Shown here in pieces: positions 55,869 through 64,000 of a stretch of DNA of 64,000 nt. The notes under the pieces are model-generated. The model was not told where the DNA came from. It did no database searches and worked only from the letters and a program-made list of their open reading frames with translations. Both the position numbers and the translations under genes were made by a program. The stretch's first letter is position 1; the number at the start of each line of letters is the position of its first letter. The stretch is taken from positions 96,001-160,000 of IMG/VR virus record IMGVR_UViG_3300024493_000235. One strand, given 5' to 3'. The DNA is from a virus. Taxonomy: Duplodnaviria; Caudoviricetes.

Positions 55869-55960
55869 ATCAATAGGATAAAGAATAAATAGATTATTAA
55901 GTCTTGGATCGTTGATCCGCGCTTGTAACAATGTTATTCTTTTAACTAGAGGTGAGCAAA

Positions 55961-56188
55961 ATGTCAGATGCGGAAATTGCGCGGATCTATGCGCAAGAGA
56001 ATGGGAGGCCGACACATCGTCGTAAAGGAGTGCGTATCGCACGAATGCCGTGGGAAAGTGATAGTGATTTTAGGTTTCGGCAAATAGAAGCCGATGCTGA
56101 CTACATCGCAAATCGCGGTCTCAGGGTTGTAACTATTGTTGTTGCCAAAATGCCAAAAGCATGGTACCCGAAGAAACGCAAGATGTAA
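55961..56188 (+). CDS. Small basic hypothetical protein
   Basis: GAGGTGA RBS then ATG at 55961. Hairpin at 56196..56218 follows the stop. Confidence 0.6.
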   Translation: MSDAEIARIYAQENGRPTHRRKGVRIARMPWESDSDFRFRQIEADADYIANRGLRVVTIVVAKMPKAWYPKKRKM

Positions 56189-56195
56189 AAACACA

Positions 56196-56218
56196 AAGGC
56201 CTGCAAATAGCAGGCCTT
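56196..56218. terminator. Bidirectional terminator hairpin
   Basis: aaggcctgc-aaata-gcaggcctt between convergent genes. Confidence 0.65.
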
Positions 56219-56221
56219 ACG

Positions 56222-56659
56222 TCAAATTTTTTGTAAAATGCTGCGAATCTCTTCTTTGTTTTTAGATATAGCAGTTTCTTCTTTCTTTACGATTGTCCTT
56301 AAAAAGTTAACACCGTCAGAAGTTAATACCCGTATTCTTCGTTTGTTAAAGTCTGTACAGCTTGTCATGTTGTTTATCATAAGAAGTATGTACCAAAAAT
56401 CAACGGTATTATACATATCACTTGACAATCTTTTTGGTCTAAATCGGTATTTATTAATATCGGAATCATTAAGGATTCTAATCGATGTGAATTCCATTAT
56501 TTTATTAAAATACCGATCTCTGAAAATATTTGAATCCTCTAATATTTCTCCGTTTATAACTTTGAAATACGAAGAATTTTGGAATTGGACAAAGTTTTCT
56601 GTGCTTATTTTTATAAAATCATCGATAGTTCTTAGGTTTGTATTGGCAAGCATTTTCAT
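56222..56659 (-). CDS. Baseplate wedge protein, T4 gp53/LysM-like
   Basis: YRFRPKRLSSDMYNTVDFWYILLMINN fits the gp53-like RPxxxSxxxYGxxxxWxxILxxN pattern. Confidence 0.8.
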   Translation of the reverse strand: MKMLANTNLRTIDDFIKISTENFVQFQNSSYFKVINGEILEDSNIFRDRYFNKIMEFTSIRILNDSDINKYRFRPKRLSSDMYNTVDFWYILLMINNMTSCTDFNKRRIRVLTSDGVNFLRTIVKKEETAISKNKEEIRSILQKI

Positions 56660-56674
56660 GACATGGCCTCTCCT

Positions 56675-57142
56675 TTAAAATGCACTTCTTAAAACAGAAG
56701 CTGCAGCTATAATTCTTAAATCCTTGAACTTAGATTCTAATAAATTTACAACTTCTCGAATAGATGCAAGATACGATTTATCACTTGGCATATACGCACT
56801 AAGTGTCGGAGGATAAACGTTATACGGATATTCCGGTCGCAATAATATAGCGGAAGCCGCAGCTACTTGTATTGTCCGTGCTTTAGCTTTTCTTACTGCA
56901 CGTATCATATCGTTATCTTTGTATGTGGATTCTAATAAATTAAGGACACCAAAAACAGACCATACATAAGGAACCATTGTTGCCATATATTCTGGATTTT
57001 TTGGTGTTACAATAGCATTTGGCATAAATATTTTACCTGTAGTTTTTACCTTTGCTACGGCCCTCATCATTCTTTTATCAAAGAATGTAGATTCAAGCAG
57101 AGAAAGGCATACTTCTAGCGCATTTACCCATGAGCTTGTCAT
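56675..57142 (-). CDS. Late protein with three internal LLES-x3-D repeats
   Basis: GAGG RBS and the late promoter 57157..57168 favour ATG at 57142 (MTSSWV...). Confidence 0.65.
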   Translation of the reverse strand: MTSSWVNALEVCLSLLESTFFDKRMMRAVAKVKTTGKIFMPNAIVTPKNPEYMATMVPYVWSVFGVLNLLESTYKDNDMIRAVRKAKARTIQVAAASAILLRPEYPYNVYPPTLSAYMPSDKSYLASIREVVNLLESKFKDLRIIAAASVLRSAF

Positions 57143-57156
57143 ATTCTTTTCCTCAT

Positions 57157-57168
57157 TATCTCGATGTT
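57157..57168 (-). promoter_or_regulatory. Late promoter AACA-N6-TA
   Basis: AACA-TCGAGA-TA. Confidence 0.8.
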
Positions 57169-57191
57169 TTAGGCATGCAAAATACGTAAAA

Positions 57192-57203
57192 AACATCTTA
57201 ATA
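57192..57203 (+). promoter_or_regulatory. Late promoter AACA-N6-TA
   Basis: AACA-TCTTAA-TA. Forms a divergent pair of late promoters with 57157. Confidence 0.8.
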
Positions 57204-57220
57204 ATAAAAGGGAGTTTGTT

Positions 57221-58207
57221 ATGTACGTAGGAGATTCTATTTACGAATTAAAACGAGCAGACTATACCGCAGGAAAGATGGTTGGAAAAGTATTAAAGAC
57301 ACAAGAAGAAGTAAAAGATGCATCCTATGTCGGTTTTTATATTCCCAAGATTCTTCCACTCATGGATGCTACAAATGGCCCAGAAGAAACATCATACGAT
57401 ATAGATAAATCCATATTTGCAAATTCTGTAAACTGCGAAAGTTCGATACCAGTTGCAAATTATATCAAATGTAAATACGTAACGTATTCTAATATGAGTC
57501 AGCCTATTATAGCATTAGGAGAATCCGCATATTGTTATTTTTTTGACGGAGACTATAAACACCCGTTTTATACCAATGAATATTCAGAAGAAAGAAGACG
57601 AAAAACTGACATTCTTGAAGTGTATGTATATGGAAAACCTGATTCCGATTATGTGCCTGATGATTATTACAAAATCGTCTTAAATTCAAAAGACAAAAAA
57701 TTATTTCTTCACACATCAAAAGAAAATGGGGAAAAATATACATACGATTTTATCATCGATGCTGAAGAAGGAACAACTGAAATTAAAGACGACACAGGTA
57801 ACTCTCTTAAATTGATTACAAAAGACAAACATTGGAAAATGATAAATGCGACCGGGTCTTTTATAGAAATAAAAGACAAAGATGGAGATATTTATGTACC
57901 AGGAGATTTTGGTATAAAGTGCAACAACTTAAAAGTCGATGCTAAAATTTCTATAGAGGAAAAAGCTGGTGCTAAAATAGAGATAACTGCTCCAAAAATT
58001 GACATAAAAGGGGATGCTGCGGTTACCGTTAATACGGCAATTATGACATTTAACGTTTCAGGTATTTTAAAATCAACGGCACCTATGAATAAATTCGATG
58101 TCGCCGCTACAATTAATACTTTATTAGTAGAAGCAATGTTTACAAGCACAGCGCCAACTAATAAATGTGAAGGACTTGTAGTAGCGAGAATGTTTATGAT
58201 TGGGTAA
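57221..58207 (+). CDS. Baseplate central spike-like protein (gp5/gpV type)
   Basis: N-terminal OB-like P-x3-GE-x-A-x-C-x-F-x-DGD-x3-PFY, DDTGNSLKL/NATGSFIEI, and a beta-helix-like C-terminus. Next to the gp53-like gene. Confidence 0.7.
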   Translation: MYVGDSIYELKRADYTAGKMVGKVLKTQEEVKDASYVGFYIPKILPLMDATNGPEETSYDIDKSIFANSVNCESSIPVANYIKCKYVTYSNMSQPIIALGESAYCYFFDGDYKHPFYTNEYSEERRRKTDILEVYVYGKPDSDYVPDDYYKIVLNSKDKKLFLHTSKENGEKYTYDFIIDAEEGTTEIKDDTGNSLKLITKDKHWKMINATGSFIEIKDKDGDIYVPGDFGIKCNNLKVDAKISIEEKAGAKIEITAPKIDIKGDAAVTVNTAIMTFNVSGILKSTAPMNKFDVAATINTLLVEAMFTSTAPTNKCEGLVVARMFMIG

Positions 58208-58219
58208 AAAGGATCACAA

Positions 58220-58927
58220 ATGAAGGTATTGACCATTGCTCCAGAGAGATTGACCGAGGAATGTACGAAATTCACGGATATAAGACTTAATCAATTTCTT
58301 GAAAAATATGGCGCATTTAAAAAAGGCCATCTTTCCATTAAAAAGACCGAAAAAATAAACGATATTGCAAATCCACATCAATTAAGTGCATTCTCAAGGG
58401 TACTCGACTTTTTCAAAGAAAAAGAAAAAGTTTTCACAGCGCACAAAGATCGTTTATTTAATTACGAGATAAAAGGTAACGAATTATCTGATATAGAAGT
58501 TCCTTTAGTTACCTTTTTAAATAATGTAGCCGACTCAGATTATGATTTTGCACGTAAAACTATCGTTTTGACTTCCGGAACATTTTGGGAAAATTATAGA
58601 ATTTCAAGAGATTATATAATTCACTATTTATCCAAAATGTGCGATAAAGGAGCATTTGTAAAAATATTTTCAAACTCAACGAAAGTATCCGATTTACCAC
58701 GATGCATTTATAAAGATTCATATTTTGGATATACAAATCCTTTACCTCTTCATTTCATAAAAATAGACAGTGATTATCTATTTTTGGAATTTCCGCATAC
58801 TGAAAAGACAAAATTTCGTTTAGCTGTATTCTTAGATTTAAACAATCTTAAAGATGAGTGGCGAAACGGCTTTACCAAAGAAGACCTATCTAAGTTCTTA
58901 AATGAACTTGTATTCGAGACATTATAA
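58220..58927 (+). CDS. Hypothetical protein
   Basis: 235 aa, AAGGA RBS, terminator at 58935..58959. Confidence 0.7.
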   Translation: MKVLTIAPERLTEECTKFTDIRLNQFLEKYGAFKKGHLSIKKTEKINDIANPHQLSAFSRVLDFFKEKEKVFTAHKDRLFNYEIKGNELSDIEVPLVTFLNNVADSDYDFARKTIVLTSGTFWENYRISRDYIIHYLSKMCDKGAFVKIFSNSTKVSDLPRCIYKDSYFGYTNPLPLHFIKIDSDYLFLEFPHTEKTKFRLAVFLDLNNLKDEWRNGFTKEDLSKFLNELVFETL

Positions 58928-58934
58928 ACAATAT

Positions 58935-58959
58935 CCTACGGGCTTTTATAGCCCGTAGG
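58935..58959 (+). terminator. Terminator hairpin
   Basis: cctacgggct-tttat-agcccgtagg followed by tatttt. Confidence 0.75.
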
Positions 58960-58981
58960 TATTTTCAAAACAACTTTTGCC

Positions 58982-58991
58982 TATACATCAT
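58982..58991 (+). promoter_or_regulatory. Early/middle promoter motif variant TATACATCAT
   Basis: Upstream of the AAGGAG RBS of 59015. Confidence 0.55.
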
Positions 58992-59014
58992 AATAGTACA
59001 GGAAAGGAGTTTAT

Positions 59015-59731
59015 ATGACCTTTAAGAAATTTTTCGCGTTTTTTAAGAAAAAAGAAACTATGGAAGTTTGGAAAATCCGTCTCATTGTCAAAACTTTTGA
59101 CTCTATGTATAAAGAGTTTCGTGCAGATAAATCCGGTTCAGGCTTTAAAATAGAATTTGCCGCCGATATAACTCTTAAGTGCTGGAAACAAATAAAGACC
59201 CTTCTTAAAAATGAAGGTCGAAAGCCTATAGCGACAATAGAGTTCATAAACCGGAAATATTCGAAGTCCAAAAGTATCGCAATGGTAAAGAAAAATGATG
59301 CACATATGTGCATTACAAATACCCTCGCTCTTATTTACGCCATAAACGAAGAACTCACGGACGGGATTCAAAGTGTACAAACAACTCACACACTTTCTGA
59401 CTACGTGTTCTTAAAACTTATATTTTCTTCTTGTTACAGCATTATTAGCGTTTTTGATTCATGGATATCGAAAGAATTGTTGGAAACATATAATCCGATA
59501 ATCGATATTGTACAAAAATGTCTTGATAAAAATTTTGTATCACTTGAAAATATTAAGGATTTAAGCGAGCATTATAACTCGATTATTAGGCTGCTTACAA
59601 ACAAAGTGGTCAACTTACATAGCAGTGAAGCAAGAATGGCTTTCGATCCAGATACAAAACACATGGAACGGGTAAATGCAATAAAAGACAAGAGCACAAA
59701 CGAAGTTCCTATTCCAAAGAATCCAATTTAA
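59015..59731 (+). CDS. Hypothetical protein
   Basis: 238 aa, AAGGAG RBS. Confidence 0.7.
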   Translation: MTFKKFFAFFKKKETMEVWKIRLIVKTFDSMYKEFRADKSGSGFKIEFAADITLKCWKQIKTLLKNEGRKPIATIEFINRKYSKSKSIAMVKKNDAHMCITNTLALIYAINEELTDGIQSVQTTHTLSDYVFLKLIFSSCYSIISVFDSWISKELLETYNPIIDIVQKCLDKNFVSLENIKDLSEHYNSIIRLLTNKVVNLHSSEARMAFDPDTKHMERVNAIKDKSTNEVPIPKNPI

Positions 59732-59734
59732 GCG

Positions 59735-59766
59735 ATATCACAGAGGGCAAATGCCCTCTGTGATAT
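59735..59766. terminator. Bidirectional terminator hairpin
   Basis: atatcacagagggca-aa-tgccctctgtgatat between convergent genes. Confidence 0.8.
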
Positions 59767-59769
59767 TTA

Positions 59770-62700
59770 TTATTTTGTAAGTTCTTCGGCTAAAACTGCC
59801 GCATTCCTTTCATCGATACCGATATCATCATTAGCATCATTCTTTTCTTGAACAACAGAGATGATGTTTTTAACGATATCTTTCTTCGAAGCCGTTATGG
59901 GAGCTGCCAATTCGTCAGCAGTTTTTGCTTTACTTTTGAACTTAACAAAAACCCTTATACAAAAATAAAGAAGTCCTTGTCCTATTCTCCCATTTTTAAA
60001 ATTCTCTTTAGGGGATATGCAATCGTTATACAATTGCTTTATATCGTTCAAATCTTTGAGTGCTTTTTCTCGCAATTCCTGTGACAAATATTTGTTGGTA
60101 TTGAGTTCTTTTTCAAGATTTTCATACATTGCTTTGATTCTTACCCTGTTTGTAGGATGATCATCTAAAGCTGCCAACATCGAAATCGTGCCCGCCATAT
60201 TGAATTGTTGTATGGTGTTTAAAATAGGAATCTTACATACGTCATGAACATTTTGCTCATTTTCATATAGATGATAGTTAAGAGCACTTAAGTCTCCACC
60301 GAGTCCATACATTGTAGCAAAATAGTCTGCGAATTTTTCATCTCTATGTCTTCTGTTAAAATATACACCACGTACTGCCAAATCCAGTAAATAAAACGGG
60401 TCGTATAATATTACAGTTGCAAATGATGTTAAACCCGGAATTGGGATGACAGAGACTATCGATACCAAAACAGATTGAAGACATGAAAGAATAAGTACAA
60501 CAGGATTTACAATAGTATCGGAACCCTGATTTTTTGGTTTTTGAGCTTTACCATCTTTGAATTCTGTTGTATTCATATCTTGGGTTGTCGATGCTTGTAA
60601 TTCTTGAGCAAATTTAAGTCTATCCTTTCCAAGACCAAACTTTTGAAAAAGTCCTACAACAAGAGCAAAAACTTGCTTTGTGGCATTAACAATTTGAAAC
60701 GAAAGGGCGTACGCAAAGAAATCTTTTATAGCTCCTGCTGTAACAGCGAACATCATCGATTGTCTTTGTCTTTGTATAGATTCGTTTTTATAATGCTGAA
60801 ATCCGTGCCCAATTTCGTGAAACATAACTGCAACGATTGTAGTTTCACTTAATTTTGGATCTGTTATAAGACGTATCCCAAGCGAAATTATAAAAAAGAT
60901 ATTATCCGGTTTTTCAAACTTTATGCCATTAGAGGTTTCAATAACTTTTGTAGTTTTTGCAGCTTTAAGTTGTACAGAATTTCCTCTCACCATTGAAAGA
61001 GCGTATGCGTTGTAAATATTTTCTAACCCCAAAATCGTGTCTTCTGTGTTGAATTCTTTTGACAATTCTTTTCCCCAAATTTTGAGAATATTTTTTATTT
61101 TTTCTCGATTTTCTTGTGGAATAGTTCCAGAAGTTGGGAAAAGGGATCTTATTTTTTTGAGGTAATTTATCGAGTTCTTTACGATAGCGGTTTGTCCGAA
61201 ATATCCTTCCATTGTCACAGAACGAAGATTTTCATATTCTACGTCTGTAAGTGGGGATTCAAATGCTACGACACAATCTAACGGATCGACATATTTATCT
61301 TCTTCGACCATTGATAATGGGGATTTACCTTCGATTATTTCAAGAACAGACTTTTCTTCGTCCGGTTTAAACTTAAGAATTTTCTTAATATCAAAAGAAT
61401 TTATCCACGCAGATATTGCATGGAGTCCTATTGAAAGTTTACTAGGTTTCTTTTCGACACTGAGATCTCCTTTTATAAAAATGCCCTTGAAAAACCTGAA
61501 CGCATAATACATAAAAGCGACAGCATGATTATTTTCTTCCGAATTCAGTTTCGGATCCGTACGTACTTTGTACGTTTCATTAACCCTGTTTATGTCTTCA
61601 ATAAGAGCCTTTTTAAGTTTCGGATTTAATGCTTGCGCTTCAAGATCCTTTACAAGATTCTTATGAACGTTCACAATACGGGCATGATCGGTAGGATGAC
61701 CTGAAATATGATTTTCCATTGCAACTAATAATAAAGCTGGCATTTGAGCTACAACATTTACGACTGGTATATTATTCGTTGCTTTGAAGATACCACTTTT
61801 TATAAAATCCGCACTCACATTTATATCACGAAACAATTTTAGAGCTTCTGTAATTTCAGGTCCCATGCCATATGCTGCGGCTATCTCATCTGCCGTTTTT
61901 TCAATTTTCTTTCCAACCCAAACTCCAGGAGGAAGGACACTCATCATAAGTTTTGATATCACATAACCTGGAAATCCGTATAACACAATTTGAAATGCTG
62001 TTGTGAGTATGCATATAATCTGTCTTACTACAACATTTACTGCAAGGGTTAAATCTTCAAATTTTCCAACAACAAAAGATCCTTCAAGAAGTTTATGTCT
62101 TGTCTCCTTTATCTTCGTGCTTTCATCGGTTGTTCTGTCAAAAAGATATCCCCAGAAATTCTTTACGTTTAAAAATATTGCTTGAATGCAATTTATAAAA
62201 ATTAAAAAATTTCTTCCAAAATCACCAACGTTATATGCAGTCTTTTTTACAAAATCCGATTTTTTGAATATCTCGGCGTATTTATCCCAAATCGGTTTAA
62301 CGTAAGAATCTTCACCTGGAGGAATTAAAAGTTCGTCGATTTCTTTATTCTTTTTGTATTCGTCTTTCATGAACTTTACGTTTGAAACAGCTTGAGAACC
62401 TTCTTTGTATGCTGTTTTAAAACTGCGTACAGCAGAATAAACACTTAATGTTGTTTTCACCGCGATATCTATTTTTACCCAAAGACGTTGGACTCCAATA
62501 CTCCATCCAGTCTTGTATTGCAAAAAAGAATGTCCAATTTCATGAAAGTACATCGCTGTCAAATGTTCGGGTTTCACTTGCTTTGCAGCTAACATATTCA
62601 CACTAAGATTGACGATGATATGATGTCCTTCTTTGTGTATATAGCGGATACCATTTTTATCAATTTTTATTTTTGAATACTCCTCCATGGCCTCTTTATC

Positions 62701-63093
62701 GCCATATTTTTCATATTGGGATAAGTCTAATTTGCCGGTAGAAACTGGTATCGAAGAGATTTCTGCCGTATGAGTTATTATGTTCATTGTCACACTTTCG
62801 ACATTAAAATGCTCTTCACTTAGCTCTTCTATTGTCTCCAATTCCCGTCTAATTAAATCGCGAGTTTTATCATCAATAACCGTATAAAGGCGTGCAATAA
62901 GCGCATTTTGTATCCTTGCAAAACACTTTGTAATACGGTTTACAACGGGTAATTTTCCAAAATATTCTTCGTATGAAACTTGCGTGCTATTTAATTTTTC
63001 TATCGCTTTTTCCATCTGAATTGATGTGTCATGAAGGATAAAATTTTGAGGAAAATAGAATCTTTTTGGTATTATCATATCTTCATCGTACAT
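59770..63093 (-). CDS. Tandem double M48-like zinc metallopeptidase, putative virion protein
   Basis: Two homologous halves, each with E-x-YFG, FHEIGH, EKxAD..YG and HPTxxxRI plus hydrophobic segments. Late promoter. Confidence 0.8.
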   Translation of the reverse strand: MYDEDMIIPKRFYFPQNFILHDTSIQMEKAIEKLNSTQVSYEEYFGKLPVVNRITKCFARIQNALIARLYTVIDDKTRDLIRRELETIEELSEEHFNVESVTMNIITHTAEISSIPVSTGKLDLSQYEKYGDKEAMEEYSKIKIDKNGIRYIHKEGHHIIVNLSVNMLAAKQVKPEHLTAMYFHEIGHSFLQYKTGWSIGVQRLWVKIDIAVKTTLSVYSAVRSFKTAYKEGSQAVSNVKFMKDEYKKNKEIDELLIPPGEDSYVKPIWDKYAEIFKKSDFVKKTAYNVGDFGRNFLIFINCIQAIFLNVKNFWGYLFDRTTDESTKIKETRHKLLEGSFVVGKFEDLTLAVNVVVRQIICILTTAFQIVLYGFPGYVISKLMMSVLPPGVWVGKKIEKTADEIAAAYGMGPEITEALKLFRDINVSADFIKSGIFKATNNIPVVNVVAQMPALLLVAMENHISGHPTDHARIVNVHKNLVKDLEAQALNPKLKKALIEDINRVNETYKVRTDPKLNSEENNHAVAFMYYAFRFFKGIFIKGDLSVEKKPSKLSIGLHAISAWINSFDIKKILKFKPDEEKSVLEIIEGKSPLSMVEEDKYVDPLDCVVAFESPLTDVEYENLRSVTMEGYFGQTAIVKNSINYLKKIRSLFPTSGTIPQENREKIKNILKIWGKELSKEFNTEDTILGLENIYNAYALSMVRGNSVQLKAAKTTKVIETSNGIKFEKPDNIFFIISLGIRLITDPKLSETTIVAVMFHEIGHGFQHYKNESIQRQRQSMMFAVTAGAIKDFFAYALSFQIVNATKQVFALVVGLFQKFGLGKDRLKFAQELQASTTQDMNTTEFKDGKAQKPKNQGSDTIVNPVVLILSCLQSVLVSIVSVIPIPGLTSFATVILYDPFYLLDLAVRGVYFNRRHRDEKFADYFATMYGLGGDLSALNYHLYENEQNVHDVCKIPILNTIQQFNMAGTISMLAALDDHPTNRVRIKAMYENLEKELNTNKYLSQELREKALKDLNDIKQLYNDCISPKENFKNGRIGQGLLYFCIRVFVKFKSKAKTADELAAPITASKKDIVKNIISVVQEKNDANDDIGIDERNAAVLAEELTK

Positions 63094-63117
63094 ACAAAAA
63101 CCGCCTTTTTATCGATT

Positions 63118-63129
63118 TACAAACATGTT
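63118..63129 (-). promoter_or_regulatory. Late promoter AACA-N6-TA
   Basis: AACA-TGTTTG-TA. Confidence 0.8.
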
Positions 63130-63179
63130 TTTGAAAATTTCATTTTGGAGAAAATGTGCGTAACAAAAATGTCGATAAG

Positions 63180-63189
63180 TATATATAAT
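63180..63189 (+). promoter_or_regulatory. Early/middle promoter motif TATATATAAT with no adjacent gene
   Basis: taagTATATATAAT followed by non-coding repeats. Confidence 0.6.
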
Positions 63190-63193
63190 ACAT

Positions 63194-63410
63194 TAAGTTA
63201 CTATAACTAAAGTAACTATCTAGTTACTTAACTAAAATAACTAACAACGTAGATAACTTACGATCAAGATTCTAGATTTAATATTTAGTTATATAAATAT
63301 AATTTAGTTACTCTAACTATTTTTTAACTTAGTTATTTTATAGAGATCTCGAAAATTTTTAAATTTTACTTTTTTTGAAAAAATTTTGGAAATTTTAAAA
63401 TGTTTTAAAG
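63194..63410. repeat. Cluster of TAACT(A)/(T)AGTTA motifs followed by A/T tracts
   Basis: About 12 copies in both orientations within 63194..63336, then an almost pure A/T-tract segment. Confidence 0.65.
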
Positions 63411-63566
63411 ATCGTTGCTCACAGTTGTCAACGTTGTTAATATCGATTATCTCCAAGGCTCGCTCAAATTGCTCTTAAGAAGATTTTTTAAAGTTAGTTC
63501 CAACAGTTTCTTTGACCACGTTTAAAGCGCCGAAATTTTATCTTGAAAGGCAATTTAACACTAAAG

Positions 63567-63576
63567 TATATATAAT
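63567..63576 (+). promoter_or_regulatory. Early/middle promoter motif TATATATAAT
   Basis: Before the GAGGAGG RBS of 63599. Confidence 0.7.
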
Positions 63577-63598
63577 CTTTGGCGAGGAGGAGATTTTT

Positions 63599-64000
63599 AT
63601 GTCCGAGGAACAAGGATTACCGTTATTACCGACGACGTTACAAAAATCCGAATACTTATCAAAATACGAGATTAAGCCCGAGCTTGAAAAAATGTGGGGC
63701 TTCAATCCTTATCGCATTCTAACAAAAGCCGATAACATTCACAGGTATAACGATACACCAAGTTGGCAATGCGCAAACTGTCACATGATATTTGAATCAT
63801 CTTTTGCCGGTCTTGAAGAAATGTATCCAAAATATTATTGCCCTCATTGTCATGGACAAGAAGATCCTGTACTGCGGACAAAACTTCCGGAAGGCATGAA
63901 AGAAACAAAAGAGCATTATATTAAGATGCTTGCCGCCGAATGGTACATCATGGACGAGATTCAAAATTTTTACGGATATCAGCCGTACGAATTTAAATCA
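63599..64000 (+). CDS. Zinc-ribbon protein (partial)
   Basis: Read manually: MSEEQGLP...WQCANCH...YCPHCHG..., open to the window end. Two CxxC pairs. Confidence 0.7.
   Translation, partial: MSEEQGLPLLPTTLQKSEYLSKYEIKPELEKMWGFNPYRILTKADNIHRYNDTPSWQCANCHMIFESSFAGLEEMYPKYYCPHCHGQEDPVLRTKLPEGMKETKEHYIKMLAAEWYIMDEIQNFYGYQPYEFKS

Noticed and set aside
4851-59766. Recurrent palindromes as a CRISPR array or as IS/MITE ends
   Set aside because: They are dispersed singly at gene ends, with no regular spacers, cas genes, transposase or target duplications.
63702-63908. 68-aa minus-strand ORF
   Set aside because: Antisense to the partial zinc-ribbon gene starting at 63599, which has a strong RBS and promoter.
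1-64000. tRNA genes, phage nucleus shell, tubulin, major capsid or tail sheath
   Set aside because: None recognised in this window. They may lie elsewhere in the genome or be too divergent to see by eye.

Overview
This window is 64 kb of a low-GC jumbo myovirus of the AR9/PBS1-phiKZ type, covering mostly virion morphogenesis. It encodes a terminase large subunit, a 2894-aa tape-measure protein with a C-terminal M15-type peptidase, baseplate wedge/gp53-like/spike and tail-tube-fold proteins, a probable C-terminal beta' fragment of the split virion RNA polymerase, an amidase, a RusA-like resolvase, a DHH phosphoesterase and a cluster of paralogous head (internal/ejection-like) proteins. The transcription map can be read from the sequence. 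About 19 copies of AACA-N6-TA/G (the AR9 late promoter consensus) precede structural operons, about 15 copies of TATAYATMAT precede non-structural genes, and more than 20 GC-rich hairpin terminators close the units. The main leads are: (1) a portable N-terminal 'KEVTLEE' leader shared by head proteins and two orphan BrnT-like RNase genes, with 34/36 nt identity between two otherwise unrelated genes; (2) a ~200-nt structured non-coding RNA with its own late promoter and terminator; (3) an exact 43-bp direct repeat bracketing the tape-measure peptidase in frame; (4) a tandem M48-like protease polyprotein; (5) a duplicated terminator-poly(C)-promoter cassette; (6) a 5'UTR pseudoknot; (7) a doubly frameshifted GNAT gene; and (8) an iteron-like AT-rich region. 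All protein family calls come from motifs recognised by eye. No database search was run.
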